Origin: an uncultured delta proteobacterium
GTDB lineage: Bacteria; Myxococcota; Myxococcia; Myxococcales; Myxococcaceae
Direction: 5' to 3'
NCBI GenBank assembly: GCA_963771175.1
Contig: CAVYSY010000053.1
Span: 1-28,386, forward strand
Length of the DNA stretch: 28,386 bases
A program made the translations under genes and the position numbers. Below are positions 19,635 through 28,386 of this stretch, in pieces. The notes under the pieces were generated by a model. That model saw nothing but the letters and a program-made list of their open reading frames with translations, was not told where the DNA came from and made no database searches. Every line of letters begins with the position of its first letter. The stretch's first letter is position 1.

Positions 19635-19637
19635 ACC
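19618..19637 (-). mobile_element. att-like tRNA 3' fragment, copy 2
   Basis: GGGGAGACAGGATTTGAACC is identical to 15521-15540 and in the same orientation. Confidence 0.8.
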
Positions 19638-19640
19638 GGA

Positions 19641-19675
19641 GGGCCCGTGTCTTCAAGTTGGGATGACACGGGCCC
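19641..19675. terminator. Hairpin between convergent genes
   Basis: GGGCCCGTGTC-13 nt-GACACGGGCCC, perfect 11-bp stem. Confidence 0.55.
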
Positions 19676-19703
19676 AGCTGGAGAGGGGCGTTGCAGCTCG
19701 CTC

Positions 19704-20309
19704 TCAATAGGCAACCACGGTGGGCGGGTTCGTGGTGGTGAAGAAGTTGTAGTAGTAGGCGTGGTAGTTGGAGCCGCTGCCCGACTCGGTCAGGCCGTAG
19801 AGCGTGCAGCCCTTGGTGCCATCGACCTGGACGGTGGTGCCGTCGGGCATGAAGAGGTTGCTGAAGTAGACGTTGTAGATGGAGGGCCCACAGGTGAGCA
19901 TCGAGGAGCGTACGGTGCTCAGCGTATCCGGGGCGATCTGCTTGACGTACACGGAGGTGGGTGACGAGCCGCTCGCGGTGTTCTTGACGGTATAGGCGAC
20001 GGCGATGCCCAGATCATTGCCGGTGATGGCGGAGCTGGAGTTATAGGACGAGCCCACGGTGGTGGAGGCGGAGGCGCCGAAGGGGCAGCTACCGGAGGCC
20101 TGCCGGGTGACGACATAGTCATAGATGGGCGGGAAGACGCCAGGCCGCGCCTGGGCGGCGATGGTGAAGGTGCACCCGTTGGAGATGGCGATGGTGCTCA
20201 GCGCGCTGGCGCTGGTGGCGAGCTCTGACTCCTGGGCCTTCGAGTCCGGCCCGCAGGCGGGCAGGAGCAGCAGTGCGGCAAATGGAATGACTTGCTTCAA
20301 GGCATGCAT
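19704..20309 (-). CDS. Ser/Thr-rich beta-strand lipoprotein of unknown function
   Basis: Lipobox LPAC, four further Cys, strong codon bias, GGAGG RBS. Confidence 0.85.
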   Translation of the reverse strand: MHALKQVIPFAALLLLPACGPDSKAQESELATSASALSTIAISNGCTFTIAAQARPGVFPPIYDYVVTRQASGSCPFGASASTTVGSSYNSSSAITGNDLGIAVAYTVKNTASGSSPTSVYVKQIAPDTLSTVRSSMLTCGPSIYNVYFSNLFMPDGTTVQVDGTKGCTLYGLTESGSGSNYHAYYYNFFTTTNPPTVVAY

Positions 20310-20517
20310 GGAGGGACCTCCGGAAGGGGGTGAGCGACTTGCGTGCTGCGCTCATTCCCTAGCATGACCAGAGCCCTGCCTTCAATCCGCACAACCAGGA
20401 AGACGTGTTTCCCTTCTCAGATGTGCCCGGGTGGGCGGTGGTGGGACCCTCCCCCAACCAGCCCCAATCGTTGACACCCCAAGCGCAAAGAAAGCCAGAC
20501 AGCGGTTGATTCACTTG

Positions 20518-20650
20518 TCACGTAACCGGGGCAAGCCCAGACAGGTCGAGAAGGGTGAGCAGGGCTCCCGCATCGAGCGTCTTCTGCTGGGTAATGTCCC
20601 GCACCAGGAAGACCACGCTCTTGTGCTGAGAGGTCAGCAGTTGGAGGGTC
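20518..20650 (-). pseudogene. Possible PAS/PAC-domain fragment
   Basis: VVFLVRDITQQK resembles the PAC-terminal RDITERK motif. No intact gene around it. Confidence 0.35.
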
Positions 20651-20768
20651 AGCGACTCCTCGGGGATTCGTCTTATGCTTTCGCCCTCTTGCCAAGAATC
20701 ATCCGAGCATTCATCGCCATCCATGAAAAACCCGCCGATACCGCCGGGATTTATCGAGGAAGCCGTTC

Positions 20769-21360
20769 ATGGACACGAAGAATCGCGTGAGAGGAAGTGC
20801 TCGGGACTGGGCGAAGGTGCTGCTGGTGGCGCTGCTATCGGGTTGCGGGAGCGAGTCGAAGGCACCACCGCTCGCGCCGTCGTCCGTGCCGCCCGCGGAC
20901 AGCGCGGCGCTGACGTCCACCAGCCTCCAGGCCTGGAGCACATGCCCGTGGGGGAGCACCGACTGCAACCCGTGCGTCCCCAACGTCGTCAGCGCCTTCA
21001 ACGCCCTCTCCCATCATGGCGACATCCTCGGCTTCCACATGGGCGCGGGGGGTCGCGGACATCACCGCGGCATCCCACTGGCAGGGCGTCCAGCGCCTCA
21101 TGGCCGGCGGCGGCAGGTACCTGGCCGTCTCCCGCAGCGGCGCCGGGCAGATGTTCGCCGTCGTGAGGATGGAGGATAAGACCTCGGCCGTGCGCTGGTG
21201 CATCCCCGTGGGGTGGAGGTACCGGCTGTATGCCGACAAGAATCCGTGTGGCGGCAGCTACAAGGACCTGGTCGGCAATGGCGCCGTCCAGACGCTGAGC
21301 AACCTGGGTGACATCGGCTTCAACGACAAGGTGTCCTGCTCGAAATGGCTCCAGCAGTAG
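20769..21360 (+). pseudogene. Lipoprotein with C-terminal beta/gamma-crystallin-like motif; frameshift at G6 (21047-21052), possibly internally deleted
   Basis: Lipobox LSGC and CPWGSTDCNPC. The second frame gives EDKTSAVRWCIPVGWRYRLYAD...LGDIGFNDKVSCSKW. Confidence 0.65.
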
Positions 21361-21462
21361 CGCTCGCGGGCGCTATCGAATCGTGAACCGGGTCTCGTCG
21401 GCCCAGACCGCGTCGATTGAACAGGGAGCCGTCCTCGAGCTGGACGGTTCCATTTTGCTCAG

Positions 21463-21502
21463 TGGCCTATACGGCGTCGAGCAACCCATGGCGCACCGCC
21501 AG
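21463..21502. repeat. 40-bp direct repeat, copy 2
   Basis: TGGCCTATACGGCGTCGAGCAACCCATGGCGCACCGCCAG covers the last 11 codons, the stop and 4 downstream nt of the regulator. Confidence 0.9.
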
Positions 21503-22999
21503 CAAGGCCGCCGCCGCGCGTGTGTCTACCCCGAGCTTCTCGTAGAGATGAATGGTGTGGTGCTGCACGGTGCGGCTGGAGATGTCGAGCTGCTGGGCAA
21601 TCTCCTTGTTCGTCTTGCCCGTGGCGAGCAGCCGCAGCACCTCGAGCTCGCGCTCGGTCAGCGAAGGTGCGGACGCGGAGGTCGACGCACGCCGCTCGCC
21701 CATGGCCGCCAGGACGGCAATGACACAATCTTCATCGAGCGCGCCGCCCTTGACCTGCTCGCGCAGCAGCTTCGCGGTGGCGTCACGGCCCAGCGCGGCG
21801 CGGTGGGGACGCGTCTCCTGCATGCCGCACGCAGCATCGGCGACGGCGAGGAGGCGCGCGGGGCGGACGATGGCCGCCTGCTTCACCCCACGGTGGTAGC
21901 CAGTGCCGTCGAGCCGCTCGTGGTGTGCTCCGGCGATCTTCGCCACTCGCTCGAGCGGAGCGGCCGAGGCCAGCACGCGTTCGGTGAAGTACACGTGTGA
22001 GCGTGCGCGCTCCCGCTCCGTGGGGCGGAAGGGCCGTGGGCGGGTCCATACCGACGTCGCCACGGCCACCTGGCCGAGGTCATGGAGATGGGCGGCGAGC
22101 TTGAGCTCCTCGCGCTCCGCCGCGGGAAGGCCGAGGTTGGCCGCGGCCGCGTCGGCGAGGCGGGCGACAGCGCGTGAGTGGCCGCGCGTGAAGGTCGTCT
22201 GCAGATCGGCGAAGTCGCCGAACGCCTTGGCGATGTCCTCGATGGAGGTCTCGAGCGCGAGCGCCACGGGCATCCGGGCGACCGTGTCGAGGTGGGTGTC
22301 GAGGAAGTCGTCCTCGTCGAGGCGGAGCACCTGGCCGAGAGCGAGCTCGACCAGGCGGGGGTCGAGGCTCGTGCCGGCCCACGCCCGCAGCGTGTCTCGT
22401 GCCAGCTCACGGCCTCCCGCGAGCCAGAAGACGACCGCGACGTGCGCGACCTGGGCCACGCGCCCGACGCGTGTGAGGTCTTCGCCGCCCACCCCCTTCG
22501 GCGAGCCGGCGCCGTCCCATCGCTCGAAGACCTCCTCGAGCGCGAGCGAGACCCGCGAGCCGAGCCGAAGCTGCTCCGACAGTACCCGCGCCGCGCCACA
22601 GGCCTCGCTCGCCCATTCGCCGCGCAGGGTGCGCGCCTGCGTCGCGAGCCGGAGGAGACCAAGGCCCCGGCCCACGAGCTGCGAGTTCGCATGTGCCACG
22701 GCGGAGATGACGTCGCCGACCCGCGACGCATCCGATTGCATCAACCGCGACCGCAGCGCCACATCGTCGGCCGCCAGCGTGGACTCGACGGAGGCGTACG
22801 CCGTGCAGCCAAGGTGGCGGAGCAGCGAGGCAAAGAATGCAGCGGACTGCTCGTCGGCGCCGCAGCCCGCCTCTTGCGCCAGCTGGAGCGCGAAGGCGGC
22901 CGTGAGCAGGCTCTTGTCCTCCTCCAGCCCGTTCGCCAGGTCGAGGATGACGGAGAGGGCCGAGAGGCACTCGAGGGTTGGATTGTTGTGCGCACTCAA
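21467..22999 (-). CDS. Tandem HD(-GYP-like) domain protein with C-terminal LuxR HTH
   Basis: Degenerate first HD domain (LLRHLGC, FERWDGAGSP), second domain HLHDLG...HHERLDGTGYH, and LTERELEVLRLLATGKTNKEIA HTH. Confidence 0.93.
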   Translation of the reverse strand: MSAHNNPTLECLSALSVILDLANGLEEDKSLLTAAFALQLAQEAGCGADEQSAAFFASLLRHLGCTAYASVESTLAADDVALRSRLMQSDASRVGDVISAVAHANSQLVGRGLGLLRLATQARTLRGEWASEACGAARVLSEQLRLGSRVSLALEEVFERWDGAGSPKGVGGEDLTRVGRVAQVAHVAVVFWLAGGRELARDTLRAWAGTSLDPRLVELALGQVLRLDEDDFLDTHLDTVARMPVALALETSIEDIAKAFGDFADLQTTFTRGHSRAVARLADAAAANLGLPAAEREELKLAAHLHDLGQVAVATSVWTRPRPFRPTERERARSHVYFTERVLASAAPLERVAKIAGAHHERLDGTGYHRGVKQAAIVRPARLLAVADAACGMQETRPHRAALGRDATAKLLREQVKGGALDEDCVIAVLAAMGERRASTSASAPSLTERELEVLRLLATGKTNKEIAQQLDISSRTVQHHTIHLYEKLGVDTRAAAALLAVRHGLLDAV

Positions 23000-23078
23000 G
23001 GCTGGCTCGTCGGGCTACCGCCGCGGGCCGCATCTTGGCTGCACGCCTTGATGGACGCCAGCCAGAGGAGGACGAAAC

Positions 23079-23242
23079 TCAGATGTAGGCCGCGATGAAC
23101 TCGTCCCAGTGGGTATTCTGGGCGAAGGCGAGGCGGTCGTAGACGACCGACACCTGGCTGCGCGGAGTGGGGCAATAGATGGTGACTCCCGAGAACTTCT
23201 CGCCGACGGCTGCGAACGCAGTGGTGACGACCGCGGAGGATG
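23079..23242 (-). pseudogene. 3' stub resembling the C-terminus of clostripain-family (C11) peptidases
   Basis: SGVTIYCP...YDRLAFAQNTHWDEFIAAY* matches the GxSIYxP...YxxLxFaxxTxWDEFlxxY tail pattern. No 5' part. Confidence 0.55.
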
Positions 23243-23755
23243 TTACGCGCGCTTCTTCGCGGCCGGCTTGCTCTTCGCGCCGCCCGGTGCCTTCTTCTTC
23301 TCCGGCGGTCGGAGCACGGACTCGTAGTGCTCGATGTACGCTTTCGCGGGTGCACGGCGGATGGCCTCGCCGATCACATCGAGCGGGACATCCTCGAGCT
23401 TCTTGAAGCGCACGCACGCTTTGCCCATGTCGAGCTTCTTGCCCGTCTTCGCCCACGCCTCGCGGAACCACTTCTCGTGCTCCGGCTGGCCGTAGATGCA
23501 CATCAGGTAGACGGCCATGTGGCCCTTCTGCGAGGCCAGCGACGCGAACGGCAGCGGCTGCTTCGGATCGCAGTGGTAGCCGGCGGGGAACACCTCGTGC
23601 GGGACGTAGTAGCCGATCATCCCGTACTGCATGCCCTCCTCGTAGCTCTCGTCGAGGTTCTCGAGGATGACGTTGCGCACGGCGTAGATCGCCGCGCGGC
23701 GGTCCTCCGGAAGCGCGGCGAGGTACTGGTCGACGGTTGTGGCTTTGCTCTGCAT
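23243..23755 (-). CDS. DUF1801 (YdhG-like) domain protein
   Basis: MQSKATTVDQYLAALPEDRR, YGMIGYYVP, LASQK and KLDMGKACVRFKK. Confidence 0.88.
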   Translation of the reverse strand: MQSKATTVDQYLAALPEDRRAAIYAVRNVILENLDESYEEGMQYGMIGYYVPHEVFPAGYHCDPKQPLPFASLASQKGHMAVYLMCIYGQPEHEKWFREAWAKTGKKLDMGKACVRFKKLEDVPLDVIGEAIRRAPAKAYIEHYESVLRPPEKKKAPGGAKSKPAAKKRA

Positions 23756-23837
23756 GGAAGCGAGTGTAGCGCTCCAGGAACAAGCCCACGCCATCCGAAA
23801 AAAGTCCGTGCGGGAGGGGGGGCCGCCGGGCGCGGTC

Positions 23838-23874
23838 TTCAAAAACCTGTCCGACAGTCGGACAGGTTTCTGAA
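23838..23874. repeat. 37-bp near-perfect palindrome (REP-like)
   Basis: TTCAAAAACCTGTCCGAC-A-GTCGGACAGGTTTCTGAA. The 18-bp arms have one mismatch. Confidence 0.9.
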
Positions 23875-23981
23875 ACGCGAGCCCAGGAGGCGGGTGGGTC
23901 TCAGGTCTCATGGCGGGCGTGTGCTGTGCGAACGCACTGGCGCTGCTCGTCACCCCTGAAACGACCTACTTCAGAGGGGTA

Positions 23982-25363
23982 TCACGGCGCGACGAAGAGA
24001 CAGCGGGTGACGGGGACGATGATGTCCGCGAGCACGTACAGGTAGTAGGTCTTGCCGCTCGTCAGCGCGACGGGCTGGCCGCTCGCCGGGAAGCGCTGGG
24101 ACATGCCGGCGGGGATGACGCCGTAGCGCACCGTTCCACTCGCGACGGGAGACCCCTCGGCGGGCACGTCGATGCGCCACAGCGTGCCCTCGGGCAGGTC
24201 GAGGTTCGGCGGCACCGTCGGGGACGTGGCCTCCTGCTCGAGCACGTACACGTAGCGGGCCTTGCCCCCGCGCCAGTTGAGGGTGCCATCGGCGCTGATG
24301 CCTTCACCGTTCGCGCAGGCGGTGGGCCTGTACATGCGCTGGTCATCGAGCGGGCCCGCTCCGTACGGCTGGTTGGCGAAGTCCTCGCGCTTATAGCCGC
24401 GATGGGCGAGCTCGGACTCGAAGAAGCGCGCTATCCGCGCCGCGTCCGTCGTGACGAAGATGGAGTCGTTCGGGCGCTCGGGCGACGCGCGAGAGAAGCC
24501 GTTGTTGTGCTCGGGCCGATACGCGCCGAAGCCGACGGTGTTGATCCACCCGGCCCCCATGGCCAGGCCTCGCGGATAGAAGGAGTTGATGAAGTTGCCC
24601 GGCGACTCGACGAACCAGTTCGAGGGGCCCTTGGGCGCACGCGTCGAGTGACAGCAGACGCAGGCGGTCGACTCGATCTGCGACCTCACCCAGTTGAGCT
24701 CGGAGACGTACGTCGGATCCTTCATGCGCGCGTCGTCCCGCTCCGCGTCCTCCGCGGGAGGCACCGGGTAGTACGGGCGCTGGGTGCGCACGCGGTCGCA
24801 GCTCGCGTACTCGTTGAAGCTGCGGCCGGGCTCGGTGGCGCCGGAGATCATCTCCCACGTGCAGACCTTCCCCCCTTCCGACATCCCGGGCGGCTCGCCC
24901 TGCTTGGGGTCCACACACGTGAGCACCGGCTGCTGGAACGTCGGGAGCCCCGTGTCTCCCATGTCCACCACCTTCCCGCCGCAGACGGGAGACGGGTCGA
25001 ACACGCCGCCACCGAAGAGCTCACACCCGCGTTGCATGGTGCCACACGACTCCGCGTCCACGCCGGGAAAGGTGATGCGCGACCACTTCTCGTCCCCACC
25101 CTCCAGGAAGCAGTAGCCCAGCCGCTCCTCCATGTTGCACGCCGAGCCCAGCTCGACCGTCGAGCCCTGGTCCTTGCAATCCTCCACCGCTTCCTGCTCG
25201 GTCCACTCCCCGACGTAGTCGCGGCACTCCTGGAGATCGCTGAACTTGTTCGTGTAGAGGCAGTGGCCCACCACCTTCTCGGGGACCTGGGAATCTCCTT
25301 CTCCTGGCACGCCACGAGGACGGACAACAGGACGCAACAAGACAGCAACCGCGACGCGGTCAT
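23982..25363 (-). CDS. Cys-rich lipoprotein with a single CxxCH motif; 1-nt deletion near 25289-25291
   Basis: MTASRLLSCCVLLSVLVAC lipobox in one frame and the body in another. CVCCH at 24648-24662. Confidence 0.8.
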
Positions 25364-25394
25364 GGAATGACTCCCGTTTGGAACGACGTTTGGA

Positions 25395-26013
25395 TTACTT
25401 CGCGTAGCCCTTCATGAAGCCGTCGAGGCGCCGCTCGATGAAGACCTCGAGGTCGAGCGGACGACAGCGGCGTCCCTGCAACTGGTGCTGGTGGAAGAGC
25501 GCCATCAGCACCGGTGACAGCAGCGCGAGCGCGGCGACGCGCGCATCCGGCACCGACAACTCGCCACGCGCGTGGAAGATGATGAGCAGTTCTTCGATGG
25601 AGTTGAGCGTGGGCTCGAAGATGGAGGAGATGTAGAGCTGCCCCAGCTTCGGTCACTCATGCCCTCGGCGAAACCGGCGGCGTGCATGCCACCCAGCGCC
25701 CCCGTCCACGCGATGGAGATCTGCTTGAGCAGGTGATGGAAGGCCGGGCGCGCCGGCTGCTCGGCCAGGCTCTTCGCCCAGGCCTGGCGCTCCTGCCCGA
25801 ACTTCATCAGGTGCTCGAAGGCGGCCTGCACCACCCCGCGACGATCGCCGAGTAGTGCCGCAGCGCGCCCGGGTCCACCCCGGCTCCCTCCGCGAGCACC
25901 CGCAGGCTCGGGCGCGCGCCACCCGCCATGAGGATTCGCCGCGCGAGGCTCTCCACGAGCCTCGAACGTGTCAGCTCATGATCCCGGTTGCGCGAGCCCG
26001 ATATCCTTCCCAT
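25395..26013 (-). CDS. TetR/AcrR family regulator, two apparent 1-nt deletions (~25850, ~25652)
   Basis: MGRISG...PSLRVLAEGAGVDPGALRHY(F)GDR HTH. The frames continue VVQAAFEH...EGMSD and (P)KLGQLY...LDGFMKGYAK*. Confidence 0.8.
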
Positions 26014-26264
26014 GGCGAGGTCTCTTATTCCTCTCCATTTCCGGCCGCAACCCTGAGAGAGACAGGATGAGAGGCTTTATATCTCTCCACGGTGAGGAGT
26101 TTTATCTCCCGATGGACATGTCGAACCTACCCATCAGCGAGCTCCACTCGGCTCGGTGTGTCCGGATCCGCACAGCCCCCCTGCCCCCGCAGCGCATTGC
26201 CAAAGGGCGCGAGAATCCGGAGCCTGTCGCACAGGGCACGAGCGCCGTGCCCACCCGCGCGACC

Positions 26265-27835
26265 ATGGCCGACATCGTCCTCATCAACCCGCGGTTCGAG
26301 GTCTCGTTCTGGGGCCTGGAGCACGCCCTGCCGCTCCTCGGCAAGCGGGCCAACCTGCCGGTCGCCTGCCTGCCGCTGCTGGCCGCGCTCACGCCCGCCG
26401 AGCACCCGGTCACGCTGATCGACGAGAACGTCGAGCCGATCGACTTCGACGCGCTGCCGCGCGCCGACATCGTCGGCGTGACCGGCATGAGCGTGCAGCG
26501 CCTGCGGATGCGGGAGATCCTCACCGAGCTCAAGCGCGCGCGGCGCCTTCACGGTCGTCGGCGGCCCGTGGGTCACGGTGCAGGAGGACTACTTCGACGA
26601 CCTGGCCGACGTGATCTTCGTCGGCGAGGCCGAGGAGACCTGGCCGCAGTTCCTCGCGCGAGTGGGCGCGAGGGGCGCCACGCCGGCGCTACGAGCAGGC
26701 CGAGAAGACCGACATGACCACGCGTGCCGACGCCGCGCTTCGACCTGCTCAAGATGCAGCACTACCTGTTCGGCAGCGCTGCAGTTCTCGCGCGGCTGCC
26801 CGTTCCAGTGCGAGTTCTGCGACATCATCGTCACCTTCGGCCGCCGGCCGCGGCTCAAGACAGCCGCGCAGGTGATCGCCGAGCTGGAGGCGCTGCGCGC
26901 CCGGGGCATGCGCCACGTCTTCATCGTCGACGACAACCTGATCGGCAACAAGAAGGCGATCAAGGCGCTGCTGCGCGAGGTGGTCGCCTGGCAGAAGCGG
27001 CAGCGGCTATCCGCTTCACCTTCTTCACCGAGGCGTCGCTCGACCTGGCCGACGACGCCGGAGCTGATGCAGCTGATGGTCGAGGCGAACATCGTCAGCG
27101 TCTTCATCGGCATCGAGAGCCCCAACGAGGAGTCGCTGCGCGAGACGAAGAAGTTCCAGAACGTGCGCCCGCGGCGGGCACGCTGCTCTCGAGCGGGTCC
27201 ACCGCATCCAGGACGCCGGCCTGGAGGTCTGGTGCGGCATGATCCTGGGCTTCGACAGACGACGCCCGACGTCTTCGACGCGCCAGCTCGAGTTCCTCCG
27301 CGAGGCGCGGATCGCGCACGCGATGGTCGGCATGCTCTCCGCGATCCCCAAGACGCCGCTGCACGCCCGGCTGGCGACGCGAGGGCCGGCTCGACCCGGC
27401 GGACGAGCCCGAGTTCGGCACCAACGTCATCCCGCTAGCGGATGAGCCGCGAGGAGCTGCGCGACGGCTACCGTGCGGCTGATGCAGGAGCTCTACGGGC
27501 CCGAGGCCTACTTCGAGCGGGTGGAGTCGCTGTTCCTGCGGGGCAGGCTGGCCTTCGGGCGCGGCCGCGAGCGCTACTGGCGGGAGCACCCGCTGCGCCG
27601 CGGTGCGAGCCAGGCGATGAATCTCGCCACCGCCGCGGTGCTGAGCGGCCGGCTCTTGCGCAACCTCCCGAGCGCCGAACTGCGGCGCGAGTACGTCTGG
27701 CGCCTCGCCCGCGCCCTGAGGGAGCGCCCGGATTCCGAGCTTGCGCTCGTCTACCTGATCAAGTGCGCCTGCCACTACCACTACAGCCAGCTGACCCGGC
27801 AGATGCGCCACGGACAGGTGCGCAACTCGTTCTGA
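26265..27835 (+). CDS. B12-binding radical SAM protein (DUF4070-type), multiply frameshifted
   Basis: MADIVLINPRF...LIDENVE...VGVTGM, GEAEETW, FSRGCPFQCEFCD (CxxxCxxC), FIVDDNLIG and VFIGIESP, spread across several frames. Confidence 0.88.
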
Positions 27836-27990
27836 CACCTGCGAGCGCCCGCTTCCACGCTCGCCTTCCTCCCTGCCCGCTGCCTGCCCTGGCGGGACTT
27901 CGCGCGCTCGCCCTTCTCGCCCCCGCGTACGACGTGCCTGCCAGTTCGAGGGAGCGGACAGACCTTTGGGGCTACTGCGGAGGCTTGAGC

Positions 27991-28386
27991 ATGCAAGATA
28001 TCCATGATGGCGAAGGGGCACACCGCAGGGCAGGCCGCGGGCCCGGGTTCGAAATCTCGAGGGCAGGAGCCTGCCTACGTCATCTGGTTCGACGCGCTCA
28101 CCCGGTAAGGACGTGCCCATCGCGGGTGGCAAGGGGGCCAACCTGGCGAGACGACACGGGCGGGCCTGCCCGTCCCCCGTGGCTTCGTCATCACCGCGGC
28201 CGCCTTCCAGAAGGGCATCGAGCCGAGGCGCAGAGCCAGGTGTCCGAAATCTGGAAGCGCATCGACCCGGACAACCTCGAGTCGCTCGCCGCTCACTCCA
28301 AGCAACTGAAGGAACTCATCCGCGGGCTCACGCTCCCCGAGGAGCTGCGCAAGCCCCTGCTCGACGCCTACCACCAGTTGGGCGCG
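27991..28386 (+). CDS. PEP synthase/PPDK N-terminal domain (partial, frameshifted, runs off window)
   Basis: VIWFDAL..KDVPIAGGKGANLG..AGLPVPRGFVIT across frames. GGAGG precedes ATG 27991. Confidence 0.8.
   Translation, partial: MQDIHDGEGAHRRAGRGPGFEISRAGACLRHLVRRAHPVRTCPSRVARGPTWRDDTGGPARPPWLRHHRGRLPEGHRAEAQSQVSEIWKRIDPDNLESLAAHSKQLKELIRGLTLPEELRKPLLDAYHQLGA

Overview
High-GC (about 70%) myxobacterial-looking chromosomal segment (Cystobacterineae-like: many lipoproteins, ELWxxDGT propeller, PPC and crystallin-like domains). It contains about 20 intact or near-intact accessory genes: hydrolases, GNATs, a methyltransferase, a Tet-like MFS, a 5'-nucleotidase, an SDR, a propeller histidine kinase, an HD-LuxR regulator, DUF1801, TetR, a radical SAM protein and the start of a PEP synthase-like gene. 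The most notable structure is a nested, decaying integration hotspot at about 11.7-21.5 kb. A 40-bp direct repeat duplicates the 3' end of the HD-LuxR regulator gene (11718-11757 / 21463-21502) and brackets about 9.7 kb of DNA. Inside are an IS21-like end, tandem perfect palindromes, two lower-GC immunity-like ORFs, IS3 and tyrosine-integrase remnants, and two tRNA-Pro-like 3'-end (att) copies that bracket a 4.1-kb kinase+GNAT cassette. Many genes abut short 3' stubs of unrelated genes. Several genes carry single-base frameshifts, dense after 25 kb, which are most likely assembly errors.
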